From Monocercomonoides exilis PA203 (Eukaryota; Protista; Preaxostyla): DNA of 64,000 nucleotides. Numbering within the stretch: the first letter of the stretch is position 1; every line of letters starts with the position of its first letter. The stretch lies in the NCBI GenBank assembly GCA_001643675.2, contig LSRY02000054.1:496001-560000 (forward strand), written 5' to 3'. The position numbers and the translations under genes are program-made. Under the pieces are notes generated by a model, which did not search any database, was not told the DNA's origin, and saw only the letters and a list, made by a program, of their open reading frames with translations. Of this stretch, positions 23,116 through 34,736 are shown one piece after another.

Positions 23116-26100
23116 TTAGGATTCTTCCTCCGGATCTTTCAGCAAGTCAATCACTTCCGCCAAGGTGGGTCTTTCGTTTGGCTCGTCTGCCCACATCTTT
23201 TCCATCGCCTCAACCAATTCTTCCCCTTCGATTCCTTCTGTCAGCGGTCGCACTCCATCCCTTATCATATCTTGAGCTTCTTCAGCGATGCACTCGCTTA
23301 AAGGCACCTCTCCTGTTGTCGTTTCATGAAGAATCAGTCCAAGTGTGAAAACAACTGCTTTTTCAATTCCCTCATCTCCAACTCCAGCTTCAGGAGCTTT
23401 CCATCGTTTCATTTCTCCCTTCTCCTTTTCATCCTCCAATTCCTCTGTCAAAACAAATACTTCATTATTTCCTTCCTCAACAAAGATCGAATATGGGCAC
23501 AACTGTCTCGCAATCATTTCCACCCTTTCGTCTCCAACTGAAATCAAATGTTCAAACAGCTCTGCCACCGCCAAAACCACCTCCTTCCCATCAACAACAT
23601 CCATCGCTCTTGTTCCTAATGTGAAATTACCTTGTACTGAATGAATCACTGAGTGCAATGTTTTGATGTTATTTTTCTCCTTCTCTCGAAATGGCTTCTT
23701 TGCTGATATCACATTGAATGAATGCGATTGTGAAGCTCCAGAAGCAGAAGCTTCCACAGAAAATGGCAATGGAGATTCCAAATCTGGAAGATCATTTTCA
23801 TTCAGAACGTCATCGGTCATTGAAGGAGGCTCTGGAAGATCTTCTTCATCGTTGTCAATGAGAAGTGGAATCTGACTTGTCATCCCTTCCAGCAGTGTGG
23901 ATGGCATTTCACTCATCTCAAAGCTCCCTCCATTGTTTTCCCTTCTTCTCCTCTCAATCTTCTCCATTATCTGCTCGTTTTCAAATCTCTCTCTTTCAAC
24001 TTTCTTTTCAGTTTCCTTCAATTTCTTTCGCAGAAGCACAATAATCGCAACAAACAAAGCAACAAAAATCACCAGAACAATAATGCACCCAATGAAGGCA
24101 AATAAGCTCCATTCAATTTTATCTTTTTCTTTTGAGATTCTTTCATCTTCTTTTGGTTCAGTCTCACTTTTGTTCTTCAGAACGAATGAATTTGTTGATG
24201 ATGGCTTGTTGGATCCACCAAACAGAATCATCACTGATACCTCTGTTTCATCTGCAACATTTGATATATTTTCTGATGGAATTCTTCCAATCACTTCTGT
24301 TTCTGATACAAAACTGTCTTCCTCAAAGTGATATGTCTCAACCAACTCCACATCTCCTGTTTTGAATATCAATCTGAATGACAAGTCACATGGAATAAAA
24401 AGAGATCCCTTGAATTTGATAAAAATGTTGCTTCCATTTTCATTCGCAGAAACTTCTTCCAATTTGGGAATGAAAAATGGAGATGACCTTTCTCCTGCTA
24501 TCCCTCTCAAATCACATCCTTCATTCAAAATCCAAAGAGAAGAATTATCTTTCAATCCATCCCCTCCCTTCAAACTCAAAATGGTCAGTGAAGCAGAATC
24601 TGAGCAAATGATATTTCTTCGAAGAGAAGGATATTTTTCTATGAAAGGATTGTTGTTCATAAATTCACCTTTCTCAATCGTCACATTACCGGCGGATAAT
24701 GATAATCCACCTTGTGAAGAATTCAATATTGTAACATATTTCATTATCACAGAAATCTTCACCATATCCACAAGAGATCCACTCCATTCGCATATTTCTT
24801 TCAAATCTTTATTTCTTTCTCTTTCACTTTCTTTGGCAAGGACTCCTTCAAGCTCACACATGTGCATCGAAACATCAGTCATATTGTCAAGTTCCATGAT
24901 GCTTCCTTTATCAGAGCGAGAAACACAGTTGGAACACGAACAATTGGAAAGAACTGTCTGAGCGGATGATGATGAAGCAAAGAAAATAGAAGCTCCTTCT
25001 GAGTTCCTTGAACAGTTATTGAATGATGAATCAACAAGAGTGATTGTTCCCGAAGTTTTTTCGTTTATAGAAGTGATACAACCTTCAGACAATTTCACTC
25101 CATCTGCAGATACCCCATTAAATACAACACTTCCACATTTTCTAATCACAAATATATCTGTTATTGAATCAATATTTTCCAATTTCACATTCGTAATATT
25201 TATCTCATCTCCATTTAGCAGAAACGAAGACTTCTTGAATAAAAGCATCGATATAGTGCAGTTGTCAATATGAAAAATTCCATTTTCGATGTTCAACAAT
25301 ATTGAATTGAGAACAACAGATTCAATGTTTTCTGATTCCCCAACCGGAGAAAAATAAACTGATGAAAGGGAAAGTTGTCCGCTCGTTTCATGAATAATTG
25401 AACTGCCTGAATATGAAAATAACTGCCCAAAATTGAATTTCACACTTTCAATCCGAACTTTCTCTGAGGTTGTAATCAGATTTCCAGAATCACCTGTAAT
25501 TGTTGAGTTCAGATGCACCAAAGCAGCTGAGGGAGATCGCAATGAGCGTATGGTCACATTCAAAGCACTGCTTTCTCCAACAATAACCGTCTCCTTTGAG
25601 ATCAACAGCTGTGAATACAGAGATGGAATAATGTGTTGAACTCCAACATTCAGCGATTGACAAGGCATACTGAACTCTCCACATTTCTTGCTGTCTGTGT
25701 GACTATCTGCAACTGATGACACAAATATCGTCTCGCTCTGGTATTTCACAACTCTCAATAAAAGATCTTCTTCCCCCACAAACGAGTCGGTTGTGCAGCC
25801 CCATATAGCCAGATCCTTCACAAATGGCAATCTGAGATCCAAAAGGAATTGCTCATCAACTATTTGTGTGTCAATCGAGTGGCATCTCACATACACATCT
25901 CTTCCTCTCAATGCAGAGTTGTCTCTGAACGTGATATTTGACAGAATAAAATTCAGAGGCTGCTCAGCTGTTGAAGTGCACTCCAGAAACAGCCACCCGC
26001 CTCTTCCTGTGGTGGAGCAGAAGCACTCAGAAATCGTGCAAAATGAGCACTCAAAGCTTCCTCCCTCATTCAACACACAAAACATCCCTCCTCCCTTTCC

Positions 26101-29100
26101 ACACCTCGTTCCACCGCATTTCTTCATCGTTGTGTTTCGAATCACCATTTTTAATGGCTCATCATTCACATTTCGAATGATGGGAATATCATTGGTTGTG
26201 TTCTGGGTGACTTCTTCGAATAAACTCCACTCAATAAAAACATCTTGTTCCTCTTCATTTGTCTCTCTCCCTGAGCTCTTTGAAATGCTCAATCCGCTTG
26301 CTCCTTCCAGCTCAACATTCTTCATTGTCAGGTTTTTCACATTCAATGTTGTTGTTGACAACACAGAAATTACATCTTTTGAAAAGCTGAGTGATTGCAT
26401 TGTCACAAACTCCAATTGAACTGTGCCTCCATCTGCTTTGATCACACCAAAATTAATTATTTCTTCTCCACTTTCTTCATTTTTTGTGAATGAACAGTCC
26501 TTCACAGTCAATAGTCCTTCACTTGAGTCAACAAGCATCAAATAATTGACTCCACTTGCGAATGAAGATGACATCACAAAGCTAATCAGTTCGAAATGCG
26601 TGATCCCAGAAATCTTCATTGCAACTCCTTCTGATCCTTCAAGTGATGAGAGACATTCCAAAAAGCACATTTCTTCATCATCCGATTTCACTGAAATTCC
26701 ACCAAGATCAACACATTTTTTGAGAATTCCTTTCCCATTGATGTTTATATTCCTTTCATTTCCTCCTGGAATTCTGGCCAAAGAATAATCAATTGACAAA
26801 CAAGGATAATCTGAGAATCCACAAGTGCAAACATCTTTTCCATCCTCTCCAATAAATAACTCTGAGCCAATTACTCGCCAGAAATAGATCAATGGAATGG
26901 CATTCGTTAAATCATTTCCATCGAAACCCATTAAAGAATTCAATGAAATATCTACCAGATGCTCAGATACAAATGGAAGTGAGGTGTTTGTGATACTCTT
27001 TGTCAAGTTGGATGACTCAACAAAAAGATCATTTCCATATTTCGCAGTATTTGGTTTGTCTGTATCGAAAACAGGAGATGATATCACAAAAGAAGAATCA
27101 CCATCAATCAATTTCAGTGCCATCCCTCCCCCAGACCCAATCTTCTCTTCTTCAGCTGGTGCTGTGCATCCTGTGAATGTGCATGAAATAACATTCATTT
27201 GAATGTTCCCTTTCAACTGAGCATTGATAGCTCCTCCTCTGCTTCCATCAGCCATCACAGAGCATTCCTCAAAATCGCATTCTTCAATATTTATTTCACC
27301 ATTTGAATTTTCATCTTTGCTGTTGTCAATGCTCACACAGCTTCCACTTCCAGATGTTCTTTCAATTTTTTTAAAATTGCAATTCGTCATGTTCAACCAT
27401 AGAGTGTTCATCAACACTGAATTTATGATGCATCCACACAAAGAGATCAACGGATTTCCACTCAAAGTGATTGATGAAGCTGAGAATGAATCAACGGACA
27501 AGGTGCCAGATTCGACAGATAAGAATAGAAATGCCATTTCTGATATTGAATCTTGAAGAGAAAGAGAACAATGAGACATAGTCAGTTGTGAAGATGAAGA
27601 AATAAAAGTTGAATGTGATGAAAGAGAAGGAGGAAGAGAATATATAAGTTTTGACAAGACTGTTTCAACCCCAACTGTCACCATTGCCGCATTTGTTCCT
27701 GTGGAGGAATTAGAAACTGTCCATCCACTTTGATCATCATTTCCTCGAATTTCATGTTTCTGTTCACCAAATGCCAATTCATCATTCATCATTATCATTT
27801 CACAAACAACAACTTTTTTTTCTATTGTTTGCCTTGTGAGGGAATGTTTCATTGTCAAGCAAGGGAATTGGACAATTCCACAATGTGAGTGATCAGTTTC
27901 CTCAGAATTGCTCACAAATATTTCTTCTGGAGTGGGAAGGAGATATATGCATAGTGGAATGGCCACACTGTTGTTTCCATTGTCATATCCTCGAACTTTG
28001 TCAAAAGAATCCAATGAATCTGTCACACATGCGATGTTTTTTGATTTTGCAGTCATTTCCAAATCTGGTGAAATGACGAAGATATCATTCCCCCATTTGG
28101 CTGCGTTTGTTCCGAATGAAGAGGAGATCAGGAAATCTGGATTTTCATTCAATAACTGAAGAAGGATTCCTCCTCCAAGACCATTGGATGTTGAGCAGAA
28201 GCACCCATCAAATGATCCGCCTTTGACTTTCACTTCGTTTTCATTCCCAACACACAGCATCATTGATCCTCCATTTTCTGAATTTGTGCTTCCACATCCC
28301 AAAAATGAACAAGAATTCAGATCAATGTTTGCCTTGCCATTGGAAAATGACATCACTGCTGCTCCGCTTGTTGTTCTTTCTATTTCATTAAAAGTAGATT
28401 CTGAAAGTGTCAATGAAGTTTCATTTGTCGAAGAAAGCGAAAACAATGAAGTTGTAGAGATTGTTTTTTCCCAGTTCACATGTTCCATCTGAAACATCCC
28501 ATTCTGAATGTTTATCAGTTCTGTTGAAAAAGCTGTTTCTGAAGTTTGCCCACTTCCAGAAGATATGTTCAATCTGCTAGTATATATTTCTCCTGTTCCT
28601 GTGATCTCAAACAGTCTTGAACCACGATTATTTTCATATGCACAGTCATACACAAGAACAAAGTCTCTGGCAGTCAATGTGCCTATGGAGACTGAAAAAA
28701 GAGACAAACCAGATGCCTCTAATTCTGTTTGTATTGCAGAACTCAAATCATTTTGTCCATATATTGTGAAAGAATTGGTGTTGCAGTCCACACTTTTTGT
28801 CTCTGAAATCGAACCTGTGAGTATCTCTATATCGGTAACAAATTCTGGAATCAGCTGAGTGAGGCAGTGGCTGATGGTGCAGCAAGGATGGCTTTCATTG
28901 ATCCCGCATGCATATGTATCAATAGCATTGGGTTCTGTTGCAGTTGATGAGACAAATCTGATTCTTCCAAAATCGTTCCGAAGCCATTCACTTTTATCAA
29001 TGACGGAATTGAAACTTATACTAACTCTGTTTCCTGTTTGCCTTGTTGAATAGCAACTTGAGTCTATGTTATTTTCTGTTGAGCCATCTAGAGCAATATC

Positions 29101-30540
29101 ATGCCCTCCTTTCGCACATGTGTTATTGTGGAAAAAGCAATAGAAAAATAATATTCCATTATTGTTTGTATTAATTTGTTGGCTAACAGCACCTCCCCCA
29201 CACATTGAAATGCAATTGCGGAATAGACAATTTGAAATTATAACTTTATCCGCAGGATTCCAATGTTCAATTGCTCCCCCAGATGATGAAGTTGAATGAT
29301 TTGCCTTGCAGGATGAAAATAATGAATTAAAAACGCATTTTTTCTGCCTTTGAGTATTTGTTTGACGAATACATATTGCTCCTCCGTCATTACCCGAAGA
29401 ACAATTTTGAAAAGAACAATCATCAACCATTGACTGGACATACACATACTCTATCATCATTCCCCCTCCTCCGCGATCTGCGGTTACCGCTGCAGAACAT
29501 TGAACGAATGTTGTATGTTGAACAAGGCATTCAGTGATATTCGAAGCATATATTCCTCCCCCAAATGTGGACGAAGCATCGCATCTCAAAAAGGAAGAAT
29601 TTTCAACTTTCAGAATGGCATTTGAATTATCATGCACATAAAGAGCACCTCCTTGTTCGGCTGTGCAATCTTCCCATTCACACAACGAAAAGGATTGGCT
29701 TTCTGTTGTATCCATTCGCTCCTTTTTCTGAAGAGCATTCTTTTCCCTTTTCCCAAAAAGAGTAGTTGTGTTTTTACAGACAAATTTCTCTGAAGAAAGC
29801 GAACCACTCGAGATCCCTCCTTCAAAGGCATTCATACACGAATAAATGAGGCAATTCCTCATTGAACTCAACAAGCATAAATGGGATATCTGGTTATCAC
29901 TGTTCTTGTCAGATTTCACAGACATGTTCCTGAAGGCACAGTTAGAAATCTCTTCACTTTTGCTCTTTCCAGACAATAGGAAATAGTCTGAGGATGAAAC
30001 AGCCAGATCTGTAATGATGGAATTTCTCAAAATGGCAGAATTTGAATCACCAGATGAAAAAACAAGTCTGGAAGGGCAAAGATTCTTTTGGGGGATCAAA
30101 CTCAAATTCACCATGCAGATTGATCCACTTTGCAAATGAAAAGGAGATCCCGATTCTTGGTGGGAAATGCACAAATCCAGCATCACACTTGATTTATCTG
30201 CGACAAGCATCAAAGGTGAAGAAGAATGTTCAAGTGCTACATTCTTCAGTCCAACTGTCGAATTGAAGAATTCAAAAAAAGAAAAAATTGCAGTTGTTGC
30301 AAGCTGTCTAAATCCTTTCGCTTCAGAAAATATGCTTTGCATAATTCCGTTAACAATAGCGTTCTTTGAATGAAAGTATTTATTTCCTGAAGTGTCTTTA
30401 TTTGAATAAGCACGATTATTGTGTTGATGTGTTTCAGAGCAAGAATCTTGATTTTTCAATTCCGTAAATGAAAATATATCTTGCACTTCAAATGTCTTGG
30501 CGATGAGCAGATAGATCAATAAAAGCAAACGCCTGCTCAT
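23116..30540 (-). CDS. Giant type-I membrane protein: GGA/FxxC-rich (beta-helix-like) ectodomain, one TM helix, cytoplasmic kinase C-lobe-like pseudokinase
   Basis: Intronless ORF of about 2470 aa from the ATG at 30540; signal peptide; repeated GGAL/GGGI/GGAI and CG..xxPC motifs; TM FAFIGCIIVLVIFVALFVAIIVLL-RKK; tail RWKAPE...AVVFTLGLILHE..TGEVP...GVRP...WADEPNERPT without HRD or DFG. Confidence 0.88.
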   Translation of the reverse strand: MSRRLLLLIYLLIAKTFEVQDIFSFTELKNQDSCSETHQHNNRAYSNKDTSGNKYFHSKNAIVNGIMQSIFSEAKGFRQLATTAIFSFFEFFNSTVGLKNVALEHSSSPLMLVADKSSVMLDLCISHQESGSPFHLQSGSICMVNLSLIPQKNLCPSRLVFSSGDSNSAILRNSIITDLAVSSSDYFLLSGKSKSEEISNCAFRNMSVKSDKNSDNQISHLCLLSSMRNCLIYSCMNAFEGGISSGSLSSEKFVCKNTTTLFGKREKNALQKKERMDTTESQSFSLCEWEDCTAEQGGALYVHDNSNAILKVENSSFLRCDASSTFGGGIYASNITECLVQHTTFVQCSAAVTADRGGGGMMIEYVYVQSMVDDCSFQNCSSGNDGGAICIRQTNTQRQKKCVFNSLFSSCKANHSTSSSGGAIEHWNPADKVIISNCLFRNCISMCGGGAVSQQINTNNNGILFFYCFFHNNTCAKGGHDIALDGSTENNIDSSCYSTRQTGNRVSISFNSVIDKSEWLRNDFGRIRFVSSTATEPNAIDTYACGINESHPCCTISHCLTQLIPEFVTDIEILTGSISETKSVDCNTNSFTIYGQNDLSSAIQTELEASGLSLFSVSIGTLTARDFVLVYDCAYENNRGSRLFEITGTGEIYTSRLNISSGSGQTSETAFSTELINIQNGMFQMEHVNWEKTISTTSLFSLSSTNETSLTLSESTFNEIERTTSGAAVMSFSNGKANIDLNSCSFLGCGSTNSENGGSMMLCVGNENEVKVKGGSFDGCFCSTSNGLGGGILLQLLNENPDFLISSSFGTNAAKWGNDIFVISPDLEMTAKSKNIACVTDSLDSFDKVRGYDNGNNSVAIPLCIYLLPTPEEIFVSNSEETDHSHCGIVQFPCLTMKHSLTRQTIEKKVVVCEMIMMNDELAFGEQKHEIRGNDDQSGWTVSNSSTGTNAAMVTVGVETVLSKLIYSLPPSLSSHSTFISSSSQLTMSHCSLSLQDSISEMAFLFLSVESGTLSVDSFSASSITLSGNPLISLCGCIINSVLMNTLWLNMTNCNFKKIERTSGSGSCVSIDNSKDENSNGEINIEECDFEECSVMADGSRGGAINAQLKGNIQMNVISCTFTGCTAPAEEEKIGSGGGMALKLIDGDSSFVISSPVFDTDKPNTAKYGNDLFVESSNLTKSITNTSLPFVSEHLVDISLNSLMGFDGNDLTNAIPLIYFWRVIGSELFIGEDGKDVCTCGFSDYPCLSIDYSLARIPGGNERNININGKGILKKCVDLGGISVKSDDEEMCFLECLSSLEGSEGVAMKISGITHFELISFVMSSSFASGVNYLMLVDSSEGLLTVKDCSFTKNEESGEEIINFGVIKADGGTVQLEFVTMQSLSFSKDVISVLSTTTLNVKNLTMKNVELEGASGLSISKSSGRETNEEEQDVFIEWSLFEEVTQNTTNDIPIIRNVNDEPLKMVIRNTTMKKCGGTRCGKGGGMFCVLNEGGSFECSFCTISECFCSTTGRGGWLFLECTSTAEQPLNFILSNITFRDNSALRGRDVYVRCHSIDTQIVDEQFLLDLRLPFVKDLAIWGCTTDSFVGEEDLLLRVVKYQSETIFVSSVADSHTDSKKCGEFSMPCQSLNVGVQHIIPSLYSQLLISKETVIVGESSALNVTIRSLRSPSAALVHLNSTITGDSGNLITTSEKVRIESVKFNFGQLFSYSGSSIIHETSGQLSLSSVYFSPVGESENIESVVLNSILLNIENGIFHIDNCTISMLLFKKSSFLLNGDEINITNVKLENIDSITDIFVIRKCGSVVFNGVSADGVKLSEGCITSINEKTSGTITLVDSSFNNCSRNSEGASIFFASSSSAQTVLSNCSCSNCVSRSDKGSIMELDNMTDVSMHMCELEGVLAKESERERNKDLKEICEWSGSLVDMVKISVIMKYVTILNSSQGGLSLSAGNVTIEKGEFMNNNPFIEKYPSLRRNIICSDSASLTILSLKGGDGLKDNSSLWILNEGCDLRGIAGERSSPFFIPKLEEVSANENGSNIFIKFKGSLFIPCDLSFRLIFKTGDVELVETYHFEEDSFVSETEVIGRIPSENISNVADETEVSVMILFGGSNKPSSTNSFVLKNKSETEPKEDERISKEKDKIEWSLFAFIGCIIVLVIFVALFVAIIVLLRKKLKETEKKVERERFENEQIMEKIERRRRENNGGSFEMSEMPSTLLEGMTSQIPLLIDNDEEDLPEPPSMTDDVLNENDLPDLESPLPFSVEASASGASQSHSFNVISAKKPFREKEKNNIKTLHSVIHSVQGNFTLGTRAMDVVDGKEVVLAVAELFEHLISVGDERVEMIARQLCPYSIFVEEGNNEVFVLTEELEDEKEKGEMKRWKAPEAGVGDEGIEKAVVFTLGLILHETTTGEVPLSECIAEEAQDMIRDGVRPLTEGIEGEELVEAMEKMWADEPNERPTLAEVIDLLKDPEEES

Positions 30541-30849
30541 TGCAAATAAAAATATTCTCAAATTTTATTAACTATTATATATTTTGATCATTTTTGCTCA
30601 AAAACTGAAAATAACATTTTAAAATTTTAATTTCATGAAATAAGCATGAATAATAAATTTTCATTGATTTTGATTTCGTTTTTTAATAATATCCATTTTT
30701 AACTCTTTCAAAATTCTTTTTTGAATATTTCTAAACAAAATAATCAAAATTTGGATTAATAAAAGTGTTGTTTGGTTTTAAATAATTCAACAAATATCTG
30801 AATTGCAATAGAAACAAACTATTGGAAAATTCAAACGAATACTAACATG

Positions 30850-31980
30850 TACAAAACCATTCACTTTTTCTTGTTTCGATGCACACATTTCCAATCGCGG
30901 TCAAAACACTTTCTTTGATTCTTAACCAATGCACAAAGTCTTGTTCCACAAGAACTTATTCTGATCGCAAAAAGTGTCTCATATGATATCTGTAACTCGA
31001 AAAGCTTGGAATAAACACTTTTCCCAAACAGCCTTCAGCGGAAGCGAATAACCTTTCTGATCAAGACAGCTGACAAATCCAACACCAATCTCTTTGTTGT
31101 TGAGCCTCATTTTCTTCCATCTCCCATAAAAAATGCAAACCTCTAATAGGGTTTTCCTTCCTTTTAAGCAACACTCTCCCATTTTCACTTCCTTCACTCT
31201 TTCAAACCACTCTGTAGTGCGTCTTGTTTCAAAACTTTCTCCTTCTCTTCTCTTTTCTTCCTTCCTTTTTCCTTCTCATGTTCATTTTCCTTTCTCACAA
31301 ATACTTTTTCCTTGGCTCTCCATCCATTGCCCCTTCCCCTTCCTTTCCCTTTCTTCTCAATATCCCCCCAACTCAAACGCAAATAATTTTCTTTCTCCAA
31401 AAGCCCTCTTGCCCAGTGCGCTCACGTTCATCTCAGCAACTTTTTCATAAGTGCACAAATTCTGACTGAAAGTTGCATTTGAATGCTTTCATCAAACAAT
31501 TTTCAAAATAAATACAAAAACAAATAAAGAAGGAGAAGGAGAAGGAGAAAGAGAAGAAGGAGAAGGAGACGAACAAGGAGAAAGAAAAACTGGAGATGGA
31601 GAAGGTGAAGGAGATTGGAGAGTAGACATCTGGAGGGAGATTGTTTGGGGTGGAGAAGAGGGGGAAGGAAAGGGTTTCCGGTTGAGAGATAATGAAGGAG
31701 AAGTTGGTGAGGGCGAGGGAGGCATGGGCATAGAGGAAGAGGGGGCACCGGTGGTTGTTGTTGGTGAGGGAAGGTGGGTGGATGGTGCAAGTGGAGGAGC
31801 AGATGGAGGCAGTGGAGTGGCGTTGGGCAGTGAAGAGTGTACAACCGCTGTGAGGGATGATGTTGAGATGGCTCACACACAGCGAGCTGTAAATGTTATT
31901 GAGACTTGTTTGAATGTAACAGATATGATTGTCCTATGCATATCCAATGCTCCAATCTTTGGTGCTTCTAGTGTTGTCAT
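30850..31980 (-). pseudogene. Degenerate coding remnant with low-complexity tract, family uncertain
   Basis: Several short broken frames (MTTLEAPKIG..., SHLNIIPHSGCTLF...SLALTNFSFII) with stops and frameshifts. Confidence 0.25.
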
Positions 31981-32146
31981 ATTTTTGCACAAATAAAAAT
32001 TTTCAAAAAAAAAAAAAAAAATAGAAATAGAAAATTATTTTCATTTCATTCATTTTTATTTTTTCCTTTTTCTTTTTCGATTTTTTTTCTTTAAAAATAA
32101 AATGAATGAAATGAAACAAATTTTGCAAGGGAAAGCGAAAATATAC

Positions 32147-32575
32147 TTAACCAAACAAATCGAACATTCCCTTTTGAAAAAAAAAATGAAATTCATAAAA
32201 ACAAATTTTTAATAATTAAACAAAATATAAACATAAGCATAAACAAACCCCTTCGAACTCTTCTTCTTCCTCCTCCTTCTTTTCTTCCTTCTTTGACTCT
32301 TCCTTCTTCGATTCCTTCTCGGGCGCTGCAGCAGCCGATGAAGCGGAAGCTGATGGAGCAGCAGCTGCAACTGCGAATGATGCTGCAGCCATCTTTCTCA
32401 GACCGTCATCCAAGATTTCCTGTCCGGTTTTCGTTCCGACTTTTGAAATTAAATCGGCAACTCTGGCTTCATCAACCTCAGCACCTGCTGCCTTCAATAT
32501 GTTGATTATATCTGCTTTCTTTGGATGTGTTTTTCCACCGACTTGGGATAAAAGCAATGCTGCTGCGTACTTCAT
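32147..32575 (-). CDS. RPLP2: 60S acidic ribosomal protein P2
   Basis: MKYAAALLLSQVGGKTHPKKADIINILKAAGAEVD...; Ala hinge; acidic tail; intron 32248-32171 gives the terminus EEEEEFEGGMFDLFG*. Confidence 0.93.
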
Positions 32576-32915
32576 AGATATTTTTTGTTTTTTTATCCAT
32601 AAAAGATATGTGTTTTTATTACCTAAAATAAGAATCCCACAACAAAAATATATCAATAATCCTTAATTGATTTTTTTGTTAAATTGAAGCTGTTCATCAG
32701 AATTTTTTTCAAATAAAAAACGAAACAAAACAATGCAAGTCCTTTTCATTGTTATTTTTGAAACCATGACAAATATATTAATGGCATTTCAAAATCTTTC
32801 AAAATCTTAAAAAGGCAATAATTTAAGAATTAAACATTCATCATCATAAAAGAGAATATTTCGAATGGCATGCATGTATTATAATGGTTATTGAGCCTTT
32901 GCAACAATCATTTTC

Positions 32916-32918
<3 letters not shown>

Positions 32919-32975
<57 letters not shown>

Positions 32976-32977
32976 TT
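32919..32977. repeat. (ATTT)n microsatellite
   Basis: Roughly 14 tandem ATTT units visible. Confidence 0.9.
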
Positions 32978-34736
32978 TTCTTTTTGTGGTTGTTGAATAA
33001 GTTCATTCGTAGTTTCTCATTGTTATGGTTTGTTTCCAGAGGATAAGAAATAAAGACATGTACGCATTAACGATAGTTAAATACTTACATTCATAATTCT
33101 CTCCATTCGCGATCTCACCTTTGAACATCTGCAGGAGAAGAACCAAACGAATCGGTAGAAGCGATGGATAAAATTTTGAAGCATGTGAAAACTATTTAAA
33201 CAGAAGAAAGTTAAATTTTTGTTTTTATTTTTCAATCTTATTTCATTTCATTTAATTAATATAAATTTTTATTTTTTGTACATCACAAGAAGGCTTTTCA
33301 ACTTAGGGAGCTGCAGATTTGACCCAGTTGACATTTCTGAGGTGATATTACTGAATAAAATTGCAAAATGACATTACGATGTTTCATGCTGTGCTTAAAA
33401 TGCAGTCTTGTGCCTCGATGCAATGTGGTGCTTTCTACAATGTTTTTTGTTCTTTTCATATCTCTGCTTCTGTTAATAGCTCCCCCTTTTATCACTTCGT
33501 AGATAGTTTTGTTAAAAACTAAAGGAGCAAGAGGATATTTGAAGCATAGGAAGATGTTTATTCATTTTTTGCATATTTTCCAATCTTCTTGATCGTAGTT
33601 ACTGCCATTGGAGAAGCCTAACTATTTTTGAGAACATTGCAGTTAGTTTGCGCGTGATGAAGCAGGACAGCATATTGAAAGAGCAAGTGGTTGTGTTGTG
33701 GACTGTGGAGGAGATTGTTGAGAAGACGACGGATGTGATGGGGCTGAGGATGGATGATTCGGAACTTTAATCCATAAATCAACTGAACATTCAGGAGGAA
33801 AAAGAGAAAGAGGAGTGCGGAGAATGAAGACTCTGAAAAAAGAAAGGAAGAAGGAATGTTGAGTTCTTGGAAGTGTCATTAATTTTCAGAGACAATGTTG
33901 CCTTTGTTGCTTCCTCTTTCAATCCCTATTTTTCATTCGGAAATGTTTTTTTCTGTAAAATGCATTCAATAATTTTGAATGCAATAAGGAGGATAAACTT
34001 CATCAGCTGTTTCACATTCAAAAGATCTTTTGATGAGCTTTGTTGCTTTTGCTTTTTTCTCAAATTATTTTTATAATGTTCGTTTCCTGATTCTTTTTTC
34101 CTCTCTTGCAATCGAATCTTTTTGCCACGATTCTTCTCCAAGGTCGGTTGTTTCATATGTGTTTCCTTTTGTGACAATTGTTCAATGCTTTTGTTTTGTC
34201 AACTCTTCTTGATTTTCGAATTCATTCACTTTCAGCAATTCCACGAGTCGTTGGAAATGAAAATAAAAAATGTAATTCAATAACAGATTGCATTCTTTGA
34301 GCATGCAAACATTCGTTGCCCTTGCTTTCCGTCAGTATTGAAGAAGACAAAAGTGATTATTTCTTTCTCTTCAAGAATTGATTTATTCATCAGTTTTCTT
34401 TTTCTCAAAGGTTTGAATTCCATTTCATTCTTAGAAGTGAACGTATGTCCAAGCTCAGAAGTCAATTGCTGAAAAGAAAAAGTTTAATTTCTTCATCATG
34501 CATAATTATTGGTTTGATCAAACAGAATTAAAAGATTATCATTTCTGGCCTCATTCAACATAGCCTTGCAATTTTGTTGGACTTTTTCCAAAACCTTTTT
34601 TCATTAAACCAAGACATTTCCTTTTTTGTTGAAAAATTTCCGTATTGAAAGATAAACAATGATGTTTGTATTTATCGATTTTTTTGTGAGCAAAGAATCA
34701 TTTCGAATGTATCATTCACTGCACATGATAAGCAAA

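Noticed and set aside
33081-33090. ATACTTAC resembling the U1 snRNA 5' end
   Set aside because: No U1 stem-loops or Sm site recognisable; better explained as a minus-strand GTAAGTAT donor-like sequence or chance.
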